Positions 1-13,252 of a stretch of DNA of 64,000 nt are shown in pieces. The stretch's first letter is position 1. Every line of letters starts with the position of its first letter. Location: the NCBI RefSeq assembly GCF_009914755.1, contig NC_060926.1; one strand, written 5' to 3'. Below the pieces are notes generated by a model. That model made no database searches. It had not been told where the DNA came from and was given only the letters and a program-made list of their open reading frames with translations. This DNA comes from the human T2T-CHM13v2.0 reference genome, Homo sapiens. The translations under genes were made by a program, and so were the position numbers.

Positions 1-639
1 AATAATAACATTTGTCTCCTTTTCCCTCACCCTTATGCCACAGATATTTTTAATGACTAAATAAATATAGCACTCTACTAGTCCAGGTAGCATATTGGAA
101 TATAAATTTTATTCACTAGGCATCCAGTCCGACAGATGCTGTCTCTTATCGAGTGCTTAAAAGTGTGCTCTTTTTCATTGTACTTCATATCTGGGAAGCA
201 TTTTTCTCATCCAATTTTCCCCCTTTTGGAGTGTCTAGTTGATTTTTCCCCTATAAATTATTACCTGTTTTCAATATATTAATTTTTTAACTTCATAAAT
301 ATAGATTGTATGCTATAAAGCCTTTTTTCTTTTTCTCCAGCTACCAAACTTCCAGTCCTTCATTGTCTTTCTCCAATCCAAGCTGGTTGTAGTTTAGGTT
401 TATTATAGAAATCTCATTCTGGGACTTGCCTTTGTTATTTAATTGGTTGGTTCCATTGTCTTTTAGATTCCATGGCTTTCTTTTTCATGGATTACTCCAT
501 TATTTTGCTGAAGAACATCCTAATGGTTTGAGTCTTTCCATGTCTGAAGAGACCATATTCCATCTTTGTATGGTTTGATTCTAGGCTAAAAAAATGGGGG
601 ATGGGATTATATAATAATAAAAAGTTATAAAAAACTATA

Positions 640-1656
640 AAAATTATTAACTAGAATATATTAATAGAGCCTCAAATATGAAATAAAAAAATGACTGAAG
701 TACCATGAGAATTCACTGACATACTGGATTTTTAACATATCTCCTTCAGTAAATGGTCATTTAGATAAAAGATAAAATTGTAAGTATAATTTTTAATCAG
801 CATTGCAAACACTAACTGTATGAAACCACAATTTCATACATAGATAAAACAATTGGCAACAATTATAAGTAAATTAGAAAGATATCTACAATGTCACCTA
901 AAGTTGGAAATTTTCAGAAAAAAAAAAATTTAACAAAGTCTAAGATTGGTTGTTTGAAAATACTGAAAAGCAGATAATCTTCTGGAAATGTTGATCAAGA
1001 TAAAAGTTACAAATAAAGAATATCTGGAATGAAACAAAGGGATACATTGCATGGTATAGAGAATGAAATATAATGGGAATAACATTATGAGTTTTATGAG
1101 AATAAAATTAGTAGCTTACGTAAAATTCCTTGAAAGAAAAACTCAAAAAAATTGAACTGAACAGACTTCTTAATATTAAAGAAATTCAATTGATAATTAA
1201 ATATATACAAGATATAATTGGTCCAAATGGCTTTGCTTATACATTCCAGCAAACACTCAAAAAGTGATTCTAAGGATTCACCAACTTTTACATAGAATTT
1301 GTAAAACAGCCAACACTTTCCAACTCATTAAATTGGGTTAGCATATCCTTGATGCCACAATAAGAAAAGACTGTACAATTTATAAAAATATAAAAATTAT
1401 TGGCCAATCTCACTCATGCAATTCTAAAGAAAATATTAATCTAGCAAAATACACTATGACAATTTTGGAATACATCCAAGAATACAAGGTTGGCTTATTA
1501 GATAATTAATATAATTAGTCAATTAACATATTAAAGCAAGAAGACCTTGTAATCTTCTCAGTAAATGCTCAAAAAGAACTTGAAAAAAATGGAACAATCT
1601 GTGGCAAAGCTCTTAGTAGAAAAAATAGAAAGAATAGAAGAAAAGTACTAACCTGA
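640..1656 (+). mobile_element. Old L1M ORF2 remnant, 5' part (split by the MLT1 LTR)
   Basis: A-rich degenerate ORF2; 1560-1600 resembles the [14 protein letters not shown]-coding region; resumes at 2676. Confidence 0.65.
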
Positions 1657-2675
1657 TATGGTAGTTGGTCTCCGAAATATCCCACAATAATTCTTACCTC
1701 CCGATTATTCTTACCTTCATGTATTTACGTAATTTCCTCTATCAAAGAACAAAATTTCAAAAAAATTCAAGATCTAATGATTTTATTAGTGATTCATAAG
1801 TTGAGCAGCCTCCCATCTGGGAAACAGAAAGGCACTTCCCAGAGCTGAGCAGAGAGAGAACTCTTTATAGGCAGGAAAAGGCTGAAGAAAGCAGAAATAA
1901 GGAACAAAAAGTTGACTGGTCGTTTTAAAGTAACTTTCCTTATACAGTTAAAGTAGAGAGGACTTTCTTACTGCACTGGTTCATGTTGAAGGGGCCCATT
2001 TGGATGGGTTTCTGTGAATCTCCTGTTTTTTGGAAAACTTTTTTTCTAAGTTCAGTTTCATTATGTGGAAGCTGGCATGAGTGACTCTATTCTGTATTAG
2101 TCTGGCCTGACTGTGTCTAGTGCGGGAGCTCAGTCCAAGAAATGAACTCCCATAACTTTTACCTAACACTTCTGCATGACATTCAATAAATCTTGGGTAC
2201 TCAATAAGATACTGTGGAAATAGCAATTTGTTACTTTCAAGGGTGTCATAAAAACATTTTGGCTTCCGCCTTGCTGTCTCTTAGATTGCTCACTCTGAGG
2301 GAAGCCAGCTACTATGTTCTGAAGGCATGTAAGCAATCTTATAGACAGGTCCATGTGGAACCTATCTAAAGTCTCCATCCAGCAACCAGCATCAACTCGC
2401 CACCTGTATGAGCAGGCCATTTTGGAAACCAATACTCCAATTCCAGTCAATCTTTAAATGACTATACCCTTGGCTGATAATTTGACTATAACTTACTGTC
2501 TCCCTGGCTGACATTTTGACTACAGTTTCATGAGAGACCCCCTAAGACAGAATCATATACCTAAGGTGCTCCTAGGTTCATTACTCACAGATAATATGAG
2601 CTGACATATGTTTATTGTTATTTTAGGCCACTAATTTTTAAAGTAACTTGTTATGCAGCAAAAGTTAACAATACA
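1657..2675 (+). mobile_element. MaLR solo LTR (MLT1F/G-like) interrupted by an ERV1 LTR
   Basis: TATGGTAG start; ...GTTATGCAGCAAAAGTTAACAATACA end; 5-bp TSD CCTGA/CTTGA. Confidence 0.75.
1740..2168 (-). mobile_element. ERV1 solo LTR (MER93-like) nested in MLT1
   Basis: Minus strand starts TGTTAGGTAAAAGTTATGGGAG..TTGGACTGAGCTCCCGCACTAG; 4-bp TSD CCTC/CTTC. Confidence 0.65.
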
Positions 2676-3159
2676 CTTGATAAAATGTTTTATAAAAAAA
2701 TTTAACAGCATTCTTTATATGCAATAATAAAATATTAAAATATTCACTTTAAATTAGGAACAAAATAAGGAATTCTTATATCATCATTCTTTTTCAATAT
2801 AATATATTAAGAAATCCTAGCCAGCCCAGTAAGGTGAAGGGGGAACTTACAAAGACTGTAAAATCAGAATAAAAACCTTATTATTACAAATGAAAAGTTG
2901 TCTCAATAGATAATGAAAAAAATAAACTATTAAAATTAAGACAGTTTAGTAAATTTTTCAGATAGAAAATCAACATATTGATATTCGTTGCAATTATTTA
3001 CACCAACAGCAAATAGAAACGTAATGAAAATATGCCATTTGAAATATCAACACCCCCAAAAAAGCACTAGGAATAAATTCAACAAAGCATATGTAAGAAC
3101 TTTTTGTAGGATAACACTTTATTTAGAGGTTATAAATAAAACTTAAATAAATGGGAATA
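2676..3159 (+). mobile_element. Old L1M ORF2 remnant, continuation (RT region)
   Basis: Colinear continuation of 640-1656. Confidence 0.65.
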
Positions 3160-3633
3160 TGTGCTGGATGCTTTCTTCCTTTTTCCCTCTAGACCCACTC
3201 TCAACTTTTCTCCACAAACTCTTGAAGACAAAATTTATGGATTACATCAATGAGCTCCCTTGAACCCTGGATTCTGGTAGGCATCATCAGGCAAGAAGCA
3301 CTGGCATGAGATTAGAGAGCAAAAAGAGAATATTCAGCCAACTGTCTTCCTGCTGGATGGCCAAGGAATGATTATATTCCTCTAATGAAGGCCACAGCTT
3401 CTGTAAAGTGAGTGGCTCTCTTTTATAGCTAGAGATTTTGCTTCTGGGTTCCAGTAACTACTCTCTCAATCTACTTTCCTTTGCTACTACTTCAGGCACA
3501 AGAGTGATAATCATTTATGACTGTTGGTTTTCCATTAATCCTGCTCATTCATTTAAAAACACTTTTATTAAACTCAAATCAATCATCTTGTTTGAGTAAG
3601 CCACTTCCTTCCTGCTTAAACTCTGAGTAATAA
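3160..3633 (+). mobile_element. ERVL LTR (LTR33-like), 5' LTR
   Basis: TGTGCTGGATG..CCCTCTAGACCCACTCTC start; followed by internal ERVL sequence. Confidence 0.7.
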
Positions 3634-3979
3634 GTCATTTGTACCAAAGTGACCCCAGGAAATGGGACTCTCGCATTGCATTGCTCATGTATTTAAGGAG
3701 AGCACAAATTACTTTCTTGCCCTAGAAACCAATGTCATGTAATGGATTCACAATTACCCAGATTAACACTGATGGTGGTGTGTTATGAATGCAAATGGAG
3801 AGCAGGAAATTGGGAGATCATCTATGGCCCCTCATTTCTTTGATGACAAAAGTGATTATAATAATGCAGGAGACAACAAACAAAGAAAAGAAAAAAATTA
3901 AGGCCTTTATTGTTAACTCAGATTGTGAGTGAAAAATTAGAATGACTGTATGACAGCTGGTGACTCAGGACAATTATGG

Positions 3980-3992
3980 CTGAGATATAAGC

Positions 3993-4028
<36 letters not shown>

Positions 4029-4053
4029 GCTTATATATATATATATATCTCAG
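3980..4053. repeat. (AT)15-centred palindrome
   Basis: 3985-4036 ATATAAGCCAC(AT)15GTGGCTTATAT is a perfect 52-bp palindrome; outer CTGAG/CTCAG arms. Confidence 0.95.
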
Positions 4054-5169
4054 ACTTAAGATGAGTTTGTTTACATGGAACAGTCACCTCGGATTCATGA
4101 TTTAATGTTTTAACTTGAGCTTCTAAGAGTTGCATTAAATCTATGGTGAATTTAAGCCTGGACTTAATGGTGAGCTAGACATGCATTAGAAGAAGATCAA
4201 ATATCAAGGAGATGGAGATGTTGGACTGGATCTACTTTGAACCTGCTTAGTCACCCATGAACCTTACCCTCATGGAAGGCCCAGAGGATACTGTCTTCAC
4301 CAAATCATTAAGAAATGCATTGGCAAGGCAGCAGCTTTAATAAGTTCTGTGGTAGCTGACTCTGTAGGTCAGAGATGATGGTAGAGGATGCTTCACTGGA
4401 ATTGGGCTCCCTATTTTTAATGAGAATAATTAATAAGATCCTACATGAGAAAGGCCAGGATGTAGAACTTAAAAATCAGCAGCTAAAACTAGGCATAATT
4501 GCCATAAAAGTTCACAAGGACAAAGTAGTAATTAGAATATTGACCTGTAGGGATGTGTGGTGATTGTTAATTAATCACACCTAAGGATGGAAAGTTTATT
4601 TTTTACTGATTTACATATACAAGAAAAAAAATTCTAGGTCTGGTACCAGTTGTAGCTTATTAACATAGAGAATTGTGATCTCTTACATGATGCCTAGACC
4701 TAAGCTATTTTATAGATCTAGAGTCCTTCGATAGAGAAAAAGACCCTACAATGTGACCAGTGCAGTATACTTTAAGTAATAGCTCAAGCCTTCCCCCAAG
4801 ATGCTTGTGGCCATTTCCCATGATGTTTTTTTCAATACATAAATGGAGACACACGAATCTTCTGGACATAATTAAGTAGTGGAATAACTGATATTAATCC
4901 CTAGGTCTGAAATCTTTAACATGTTGTACAAGTCAAAGAGGGGACATATGGCAGTCCAGTGATAGATGAACTGCTGACTCCAGTCTGTATCACAATGAGT
5001 CCAGCAAAAGCTCAAACTTATGTTACAATGATTTACCTGGTTCAAGAAGTAAGGCTCAGTTCAGGTATAATAATTAAATAGAACAGTGACTACTCCCACT
5101 GCTGCCTCTTACCCCACTTATAGCCTTATGGAAAGTATTCTAAAACCAATGAATGAAAACCAATTAGCT

Positions 5170-6050
5170 CACACCAGAATCACCTGGAGGACTAGTTAAA
5201 ACACAGGTTTCTTTTTTTTGAACTAGAATTAAATGTGTGCTTTATTTTTTTTTACTTTAAGTTTTAGGGTACATGTGCACAACGTGCAGGTTAGTTACAT
5301 ATGTATACATGTGCCATGTTGGTGTGCTGCACCCATTAACTCGTCATTTAACATTAGGTATATCTCCTAATGCTATCCCTTCCCCCTCCCCCCACCCGAC
5401 AACAGTCCCTGGTGTGTGATGTTCCCCTTCCTGTGTCCATGTGTTCTCATTGTTCAATTCCCACCAATGAGTGAGAACATGCAGTGTTTGGTTTTTCGTC
5501 CTTGCCATAGTTTGCTGAGAATGATGGTTTCCAGCTTCATCCATGTCCCTACAAAGGACATTAACTCATCATTTTTTATGGCTGCATAGTATTCCATGTT
5601 GTATATGTGCCACATTTTCTTAATCCAGTCTATCATTGTTGGACATTTGGGTTGGTTCCAAGTCTTTGCTATTGTGAATAGTGCCGCAATAAACATACAT
5701 GTGCATGTGTTTTTATAGCAGCATGATTTATAACCCACCAGTTAGAATGGCAATCATTAAAAAGTCAGGAAACAACAGGTGCTGGAGAGGATGTGGAGGA
5801 ATAGGAACACTTTTACACTGTTGGTGGGACTGTAAACTAGTTCAACCATTGTGGAAGTCAGTGTGGCAATTCCTCAGGGATCTTGAACTAGAAATACCAT
5901 TTGACCCAGCAATCCCATTACTGGGTATATACTTAAAACACAGGTTTCTAAGCACCACCCCCAAAGTCTCTGCCTTGGTAGCTCTGCGATGGAGGCCACA
6001 AATTTGCATGACTGCATTTCCAAGTGATACTTACTACTTTGAGAACTCTT
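5170..6050 (+). mobile_element. MER5A-like hAT-Charlie MITE split by L1
   Basis: CAGAATCACCTGGAGG..TTAAAACACAG and ..AATTTGCAT..CTTTGAGAAC. Confidence 0.75.
5213..5932 (-). mobile_element. Young L1PA (L1PA3/4-like) 3' end, 5'-truncated with 5' inversion
   Basis: Poly-T, 3'UTR and ORF2 C-terminus on minus strand to ~5735, then a plus-strand ORF2 segment 5736-5932; 17-bp TSD TTAAAACACAGGTTTCT at 5196-5212 and 5933-5949. Confidence 0.92.
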
Positions 6051-7677
6051 AGCCCTTTATGGTTCAGGTCACCAATTGGTGTTCTTCTAGATAAAGTCCT
6101 TCCCAGATATTAGCCTCTTTCCCACGGCATGGGAAGTATTCATTCCTTTCTACTTTGTCTGATTGGTGCAAAAGTTAGATGTCTTCTGGTACACATCAAC
6201 ACAAACAATCAGAGAGTGATGTTAATTACAGCTATCTTTTTAGATGTGGTCTTTTCTAGAGAGCAAAACAACACAGCCCTTGGCACCTAGTATACAGACA
6301 GTGACTTGACAATTTTTTTTCCTTATTGCTACCAGCAAAATTAGTTAAAAGCACTTTGTCTTTATATATTAGGAAAAACAGTATACTATTATGCCCTTGT
6401 CACTCATCAGCTCTCCCATTCTCCCTCCATAATATATTCTAAAGGGAGCTTAATTTTTCAAATGGCCTACAAAGTATTTTGCTAGTTCATTTTATTGATG
6501 ACATTTTCCTCATTGTACCTAATGGGTAAGAAGAAATACATGTATACCTGAGAGAGGGTGATAAATACCCCTGAAATTCAGAGGCCTGATACATAGGTGA
6601 AATTTCTGGACCCTCTGATCTACGGCATGTTGGGATCTCTATTATAAAGTAAAAGTCAACTAGTATATTTACTCCCACCAATTAATAAAAAAAAGAAATC
6701 CAAGGTGGTGATACTCTGGATTTGGGGGTAATTATAACTTATTCAGCCTTACTGTTTCAAGGTCTTTACTAAGTTAACTGAAAGGCTCGTGGTTTTGAGT
6801 AGTACTTTGGAGCAAAAAAAGTCTCTGCAGCAAGTATAGGCTGGAATGCAAGCTGCCCTGTCCCTTTAAACTTATGACCCACAATCATACCTGTTTTGGA
6901 AAGATCTGTAGTGGAGAAATGCCAAATAAAGCTTTTAGCAAGCCCCAGTATAAGAACTGCAGTGCAGGCCCTGAGAGGTTTGGAGTTAGGCCATGTTCTC
7001 TTTGCCCTCTTTCCCTGACAACTATATGCCATCTGAAAAGCAGTCCCTGGTTTGCTACTGGGCTCTATGAATACATAACCATGTGACACCAAGTATCTAC
7101 ACAATAGAAACTACCTGTTAGGTACTTGGCATTATGTAATTTACCAAATCATAAAATTGGAACATTTTCAGCAGCCGTTGCATTGTAAGATGGAAATAGC
7201 ATGCAATCCAGCACGGGCAGTTTCCGAATGCGTGGGTAAACTGCACAAAGTGCTTCGGATTTCAGTGCCCACTCCCACTGCTGCCTCTTACCCCACTTAC
7301 AGCCTCATGGAAGGTGTTCCAAAACCAATTAATGAAAAATAAAACAGGACTGACCTGGCTGGTAAATAAATCTGTACAATGTTCTGCCATGAGTTAAAAT
7401 AAAGGAAAGATAAAGACAGTAGTGAAGGGCTATCTTCCCAGTGCGTTCATTGCTCACGTGAAATAGAGATGGCCAATGGTAAAGACCGACATCAACTTAC
7501 AGCCAGTGCTATATACTGGCTGGTTAGTCAAGGACAGAAAAAAAACAAAACTGACAAACTGGTAACAACAAAGGCTGAGACTGAAGTAAGGTGATGAATA
7601 CCTTGGTGCAGCATATAAAGATGATCATGAGCCACATAAATGCCCACCAGAGGGTATCCACAACCTAGGACCTTCTT

Positions 7678-7724
7678 AAGAATTAGACAGACAATAAAAA
7701 AAAAAAAAAGAATTAGACAGACAA
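7678..7724 (+). mobile_element. Poly(A)-only retroposed insertion with TSD
   Basis: AAGAATTAGACAGACAA (7678-7694) + T(A)12 + identical copy (7708-7724); TT|AAGA nick site. Confidence 0.75.
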
Positions 7725-8699
7725 GATCTTTCTCTGATGTCAATCAGTCTCTTTCCCTTGCCACTCTTCTCTTTGCTCAATGGAGTCATGTACGACAAGG
7801 CCCTAATGATATGTGTAGTGGTTATACATAGCTGAACAAACGATCCCCATTGTTAAGTGCAAAACCTGCTAAGAGCGGACACACAAATGGAGCCTTAAAT
7901 GGCACCATTTCCTAAGGAAACCTGCTAGCCACCTGATGGCTGATTGCAGACATACACAATCATACATGGAGTGAAATTGCTGGTTCATATGGTCAAAGTA
8001 TTTTAGCTTTATTACAGATTAGTTGGCAGTTTTGCAAGGAGGTAGTACAATTTTAGATTCTTAACATGAGAGTTCCAGTTGCTCTACATTCTCACCAATC
8101 CTTGCTTTTCAGGCTTTTCATATATGAGCCTGTTTGGTATATGTAGTTTTTTAAATTATTATTTTAAAATCTTATTATGCATGTAATTTGCATTAGCCAT
8201 GAAAATTGAGAAGCTTTTCATATGCTTATTGCCATATGGATATTTCATTTTCTAAGTGTCTGTCCAAATATTTTGGTCATTTTTAAAAAGTATGTTGCTT
8301 TGTTATTATTGATTTATAGGGTTTATATATGCTGGATATACATTCTTTGTCAGCTATATGCTTTATGAATAGTTTTCTGAATCTGTGGATTTTCCTTTTA
8401 TTTCCTTAAGTTTATCTTTCTGTGAGCAGAATATTTTAATTTTAAGCCTAACTTTTCCACTTTTTTTAATGGATAGGCCTTATTTGCCCTGAAGAAACAC
8501 TTGCTACACCAGGAAATTTGGGTATGTTTTCTTCTAAAAGCTTAAAAGTTTTTAGCTTTGACATTTAGATTTATGTCGAATTAATTTTAGTGTAAGGAAT
8601 AATGTAGATGGTCAATGTTAACTGATTTTTTAAGCCTTTCTTTTTTCATTTTGACATATTTTTTCTCCAGAAATATCTGTATTTTAAATTGAAGAACAC

Positions 8700-8862
8700 T
8701 GCATGGGCAACATGGTGAGACCCTGTCTCTAAAAAAACTAGTTCTAGCTATCATGAGCCTGAGGTGGTAGAATCACTTGAGCCCAGGAGTTTGAGGTTAT
8801 AGTAAGCTATGATCCTGCCCTTATACTCCAGCTTGGGCAACAGGGTGAGACCCTGTCTCTAA
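8700..8862 (+). mobile_element. Degenerate, truncated AluJ
   Basis: GGGCAACATGGTGAGACCCTGTCTCT; CACTTGAGCCCAGGAGTTTGAGG. Confidence 0.8.
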
Positions 8863-8865
8863 CAA

Positions 8866-8878
8866 ATAGATAGATGAT

Positions 8879-8914
<36 letters not shown>

Positions 8915-9020
8915 CATACATACATACATACATACATACATACATAGATAGCTGATGATAGACAGATTAGATAGATAGATGATAGAGAGATAGATAGATA
9001 TAGATAGAAAGATAGAAAGA
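8866..9020. repeat. Compound (GATA)n/(CATA)n tetranucleotide STR at the Alu tail
   Basis: Directly visible. Confidence 0.95.
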
Positions 9021-9886
9021 AATAACTCTCCCTTATCCCATTAAACTGCATTGGTGCATCTGTCAAAATCAAGTAATTGTACACTCTCTTTAGTTCTATT
9101 GATGTATTTGTCTGTCTGTGTACTAATACTCATTGACTTAATTAATGTTGTTTTATTCTGCCTGGAAATATGGTCTTTTTTTTTTTTTTAAGAATTGCCT
9201 TGACTCTTCTGCATTTTTGAATAAAATACAGAATAAACTTTTTCAGTTCTAGAATTTAAAAACCTGCTAGAATTTGGAGTTATACAGCTATGAATTCATA
9301 TATTAATATCAGGAGAAATGGCATCTTAACATTCTGACTTCCAATTTATGACATTATTTTTCATTTTATTTAGTTTCTTAATTTCTTTCAATAATTTTCA
9401 ATGTACAGGTCTTACACATGGTTCTTTAAAATTATTAGTCAGTATTTTATGGTTTTGTGGTTTTTTAATTGCTATTTTAAATGGTATTATTTCCCCATTT
9501 TATTTTCCGATTTTGTGTTACTATACCTATATGAGACCATTTGACATTCTCCTACAGGGCTCTGATCACCAATTTAAAAATCATTATTTCTTTTTCCTCT
9601 CTGTGCTTCAGTTTAGAGAATTTCAAATGACCTTATTTGAAGTCAATAAATTTCAGTTTCTGTGTCCAGTCTACTTTTAAGACAATCAGATTATTCACTT
9701 CTAATATTACATTTCTCAGTTCTAGAATTTCCTATTTTAGTTTTCCTTTTCTCTGCTGAAATTCTTCATCTATATACCAATTCATCCATTTTTTCTTCTA
9801 AATTACTTCACTTTAATTTTTTTCATCTACTAATTCCTATAATTGTATCATCTATAGTTCTGCTTCTTTTGGCTTTTTAACTTTTT

Positions 9887-10475
<589 letters not shown>

Positions 10476-11025
10476 GGCTTTTTAACTTTTTATCAGGAAT
10501 CACATTGTCTTAACACTTTTCATGTCTTCTAGTTTTCTATTGCATGCCACAATTTAAATACAAAATAGCAGCAAACACCCAAGTTGGTAAGTTCTTCCAG
10601 AAAGGACTTGCTTTGTTCCTTTGTCATGGAGCTAGAGGCTTACATCCTCAATTTAATCAGTAGTTTAGAAGACTTGAGTTCTGTCTTTAAAAGCTTCCAG
10701 AATGGGATCAGGCCCCACCCTTCAGCAGGTCTTAAGCAAATTCTTTCTATTTTCCAACCTGTCTGCCATCAGTTTTTCAGAACCACTGCTTAGTCACCCA
10801 GATTCCTTATATGGAGAAATTCATTAGCAGCCCTGTCAGCCAATTTGCACTGGTAAAAATCTCAGCTTGCCTCTCCCTTTGGCATTAATGCTGCTTTGCT
10901 TATAATGGTCTAACTTTTCCACCCAAGTATTTCTATAGACTCAACAACTGCATTCAGAAATGAAGGATGTTGCAGTCTCTGCTCATCTCTAAAGGTCTCA
11001 CATATTTCTAAAATTATTTTATTTA

Positions 11026-11331
11026 GGCCAGGCATGGTAGCTCAGGCCTGTAATCCCAGCACTTGGGGAGGCCAAGGTGGGTGGATGGCTTGAGCCTAGG
11101 AGTTAGAGACCAATCTGGACAACAAGGTAAAACCCCATCTCTACAAGAAATACAAAAAATTAGCCAGGTGTGGTGGCATGCAACTATAGTCCCAGCCTCT
11201 CAGGAGGCTGTGGTGGGAGAATCATTTGAATCTGGGAGGTTGAGGCTGCAGTGAGTCATGATGTCACCCCTGCACTCCAGCTTGAGCAACAGGAGTGAGA
11301 CGCTGTCTCAAAAAATACAAAAAAAAAAAAA
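11026..11331 (+). mobile_element. AluJ
   Basis: Full dimer with A-tail; J-like GCTTGAGCCTAGGAG and GAGGCTGCAGTGAG. Confidence 0.92.
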
Positions 11332-11377
11332 TTTACTTAAATTTCTTTGTGCCCATAGCTTTTTGGTGGTTTTAAAT

Positions 11378-11392
11378 ATATGTGTGTGTGGG

Positions 11393-11443
<51 letters not shown>
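11378..11443. repeat. (TG)n microsatellite
   Basis: Directly visible. Confidence 0.95.
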
Positions 11444-11445
<2 letters not shown>

Positions 11446-12799
11446 CATGTTATATGTTTTTTCTTAATCTTATGGAGTGATCAATTGTATTTTGTGACCA
11501 TTTATAATTTAACTGAGATCATAACTCCAAGAGATATGTTTTATATTAATCAATTTATCTCACACTCTTTACCTATTTCTCACTAATATCTTAAATGAAG
11601 AGCAAAAAGCAGTATTTCAGGAAGAGAGATGACTGGACTGGAATGATCTCAGGATAATATAGTAGCTGTTGGAACTTGACATGGGAATATATATTTTTCA
11701 ACAGAACAAAGGGCAAAAGTTAACTCTAAGGAGGAAAATGGCTGAATATCTACCATTTGCCCTAGCAGATTACTTTCACATTTCTCTACCATGCTGTATG
11801 CTCCAGAAAATTGTTTATGGATTCCATCAATAAGCTCCCTCCCACACTTAATACCAACTGTATTTAGTCACTTATAAGAGGCCATGATGGTAATGGGAGG
11901 AGGGCACATCTTAGCCTTCCAGAATGCCTGGAATGTACTATATTTTGATCCCATGGTGGTTACAAAAGTGTATACGTATGTAAACATTAACTACACTGAA
12001 CACTTAATATGTGTACACTTCACTGTATGTAAGTTCTAACTGAATTAAAATAGTATTAAAATATATTTATAACAAACATTCTATTTAGTAGTAAACTATG
12101 AAATAGAAAACAAAAGATATGCACTATCACTACCTCTATGTAACATTGTACAACACTGTGAAAAGTCCTTGCTATTGCAATATGACAAGAAAAAGAAAAT
12201 GCATAATGTTTGTAAGAAATAGTTTATTATTCACACATAATGTCATTAGGTATCTATAAAACTCATAACAAACTATGAAAAATAGAATTAAAAAGATAAT
12301 TTATTAATAGATTAAAAAGTCAATATATAAATAAATGTTTTTATGCAACAACAGATACAATTACATACTAATTTTTTAAAGAATGATTATTCTTACTTTA
12401 GCAACAAGAACTGTCAAACACAGTAAAACTAAAAGTTGTGTAAGATATAGACACAGAAAAGCCATGAAACATTACTGAGGGAAATTAAAGATGGTCTTTG
12501 TAAGTAAATGGAGCTTTATGAATTGCAATATTCAAAATTGTAAAGATGCCAATTATCTCCAAATCAATCAACAAATTAAAGAAAATCTCATAATATGTGT
12601 ATATGTCTAAAATCATAGCCTGGACTATTCACAAGTGTTGCTCAAAGATCAACTGTATGTATGCATACAACTGTATTCTTCTCCCACTTCTTGCTTACCT
12701 TTTCACCCAGTAATGGTGTCTTACTAAATTTAAAATTTTTAAATTTTAAATATATATTATAACAATTAATATTTAATACATATTAAATCTATATATTGT

Positions 12800-13252
12800 G
12801 ATAGCAAAGGCATGGAATCAACCTATGTGCCCACCAATGATGGTTTGTATAAAGATAATGTGACACATAAACACCATGAAATGCTATGCAGCCATAAAGA
12901 AGAATAAAATCATGTTCTTTGCAGAAACACAGATGCAAATAGATGTCATCATCCTAAGCAAATTAACACAGAAACAGAAGCCAAATACCGCATGTTCCCA
13001 CTCAAAAATGGGAGCTAAACATTGAGTGTTCATGGACATTAAGATGGCAACAATAGACATTGGGGACTGCTAGAGGGAGAAGGACGGAATAGGGGCAAAT
13101 GTTGAAAACTATAGGTACTATGCTCACTACCTGGTTGACAGAACCAATCATACCCCAACCATCAGCATCACACAATACACCCATGTAACAAACCTGCACA
13201 CATACCCACAAATCAAAAGAAAATAAAATAAAAGTTGAAATTATAAATAAAA
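12800..13252 (+). mobile_element. L1PA15/16-like 3' end
   Basis: 3'UTR GGGCAAATGTTGAAAACTATAGG..AAATAAAAGTTGAAATT; candidate TSD TAAAATCATA at 12608 and 13253. Confidence 0.8.

Larger units (their letters stand above)
3634..7950 (+). mobile_element. Degenerate ERVL-class internal region (gag/pol remnants)
   Basis: 6482-6514 reads LVHFIDDIFLI (ERVL RT LVHYIDD-type motif); RNaseH-like remnant near 7300-7400; no open ORF. Confidence 0.7.
7960..9870 (-). mobile_element. Old L1M fragments (ORF2 3' region)
   Basis: T-rich antisense L1 motifs, e.g. GAGTTCCAGTTGCTCTACATTCTCACC and CTTTTCATATGCTTATTGCC. Confidence 0.65.

Noticed and set aside
2468-2524. Small tandem duplications (also 16422-16459 and 39471-39490)
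   Set aside because: Ordinary slippage events with no evident function.
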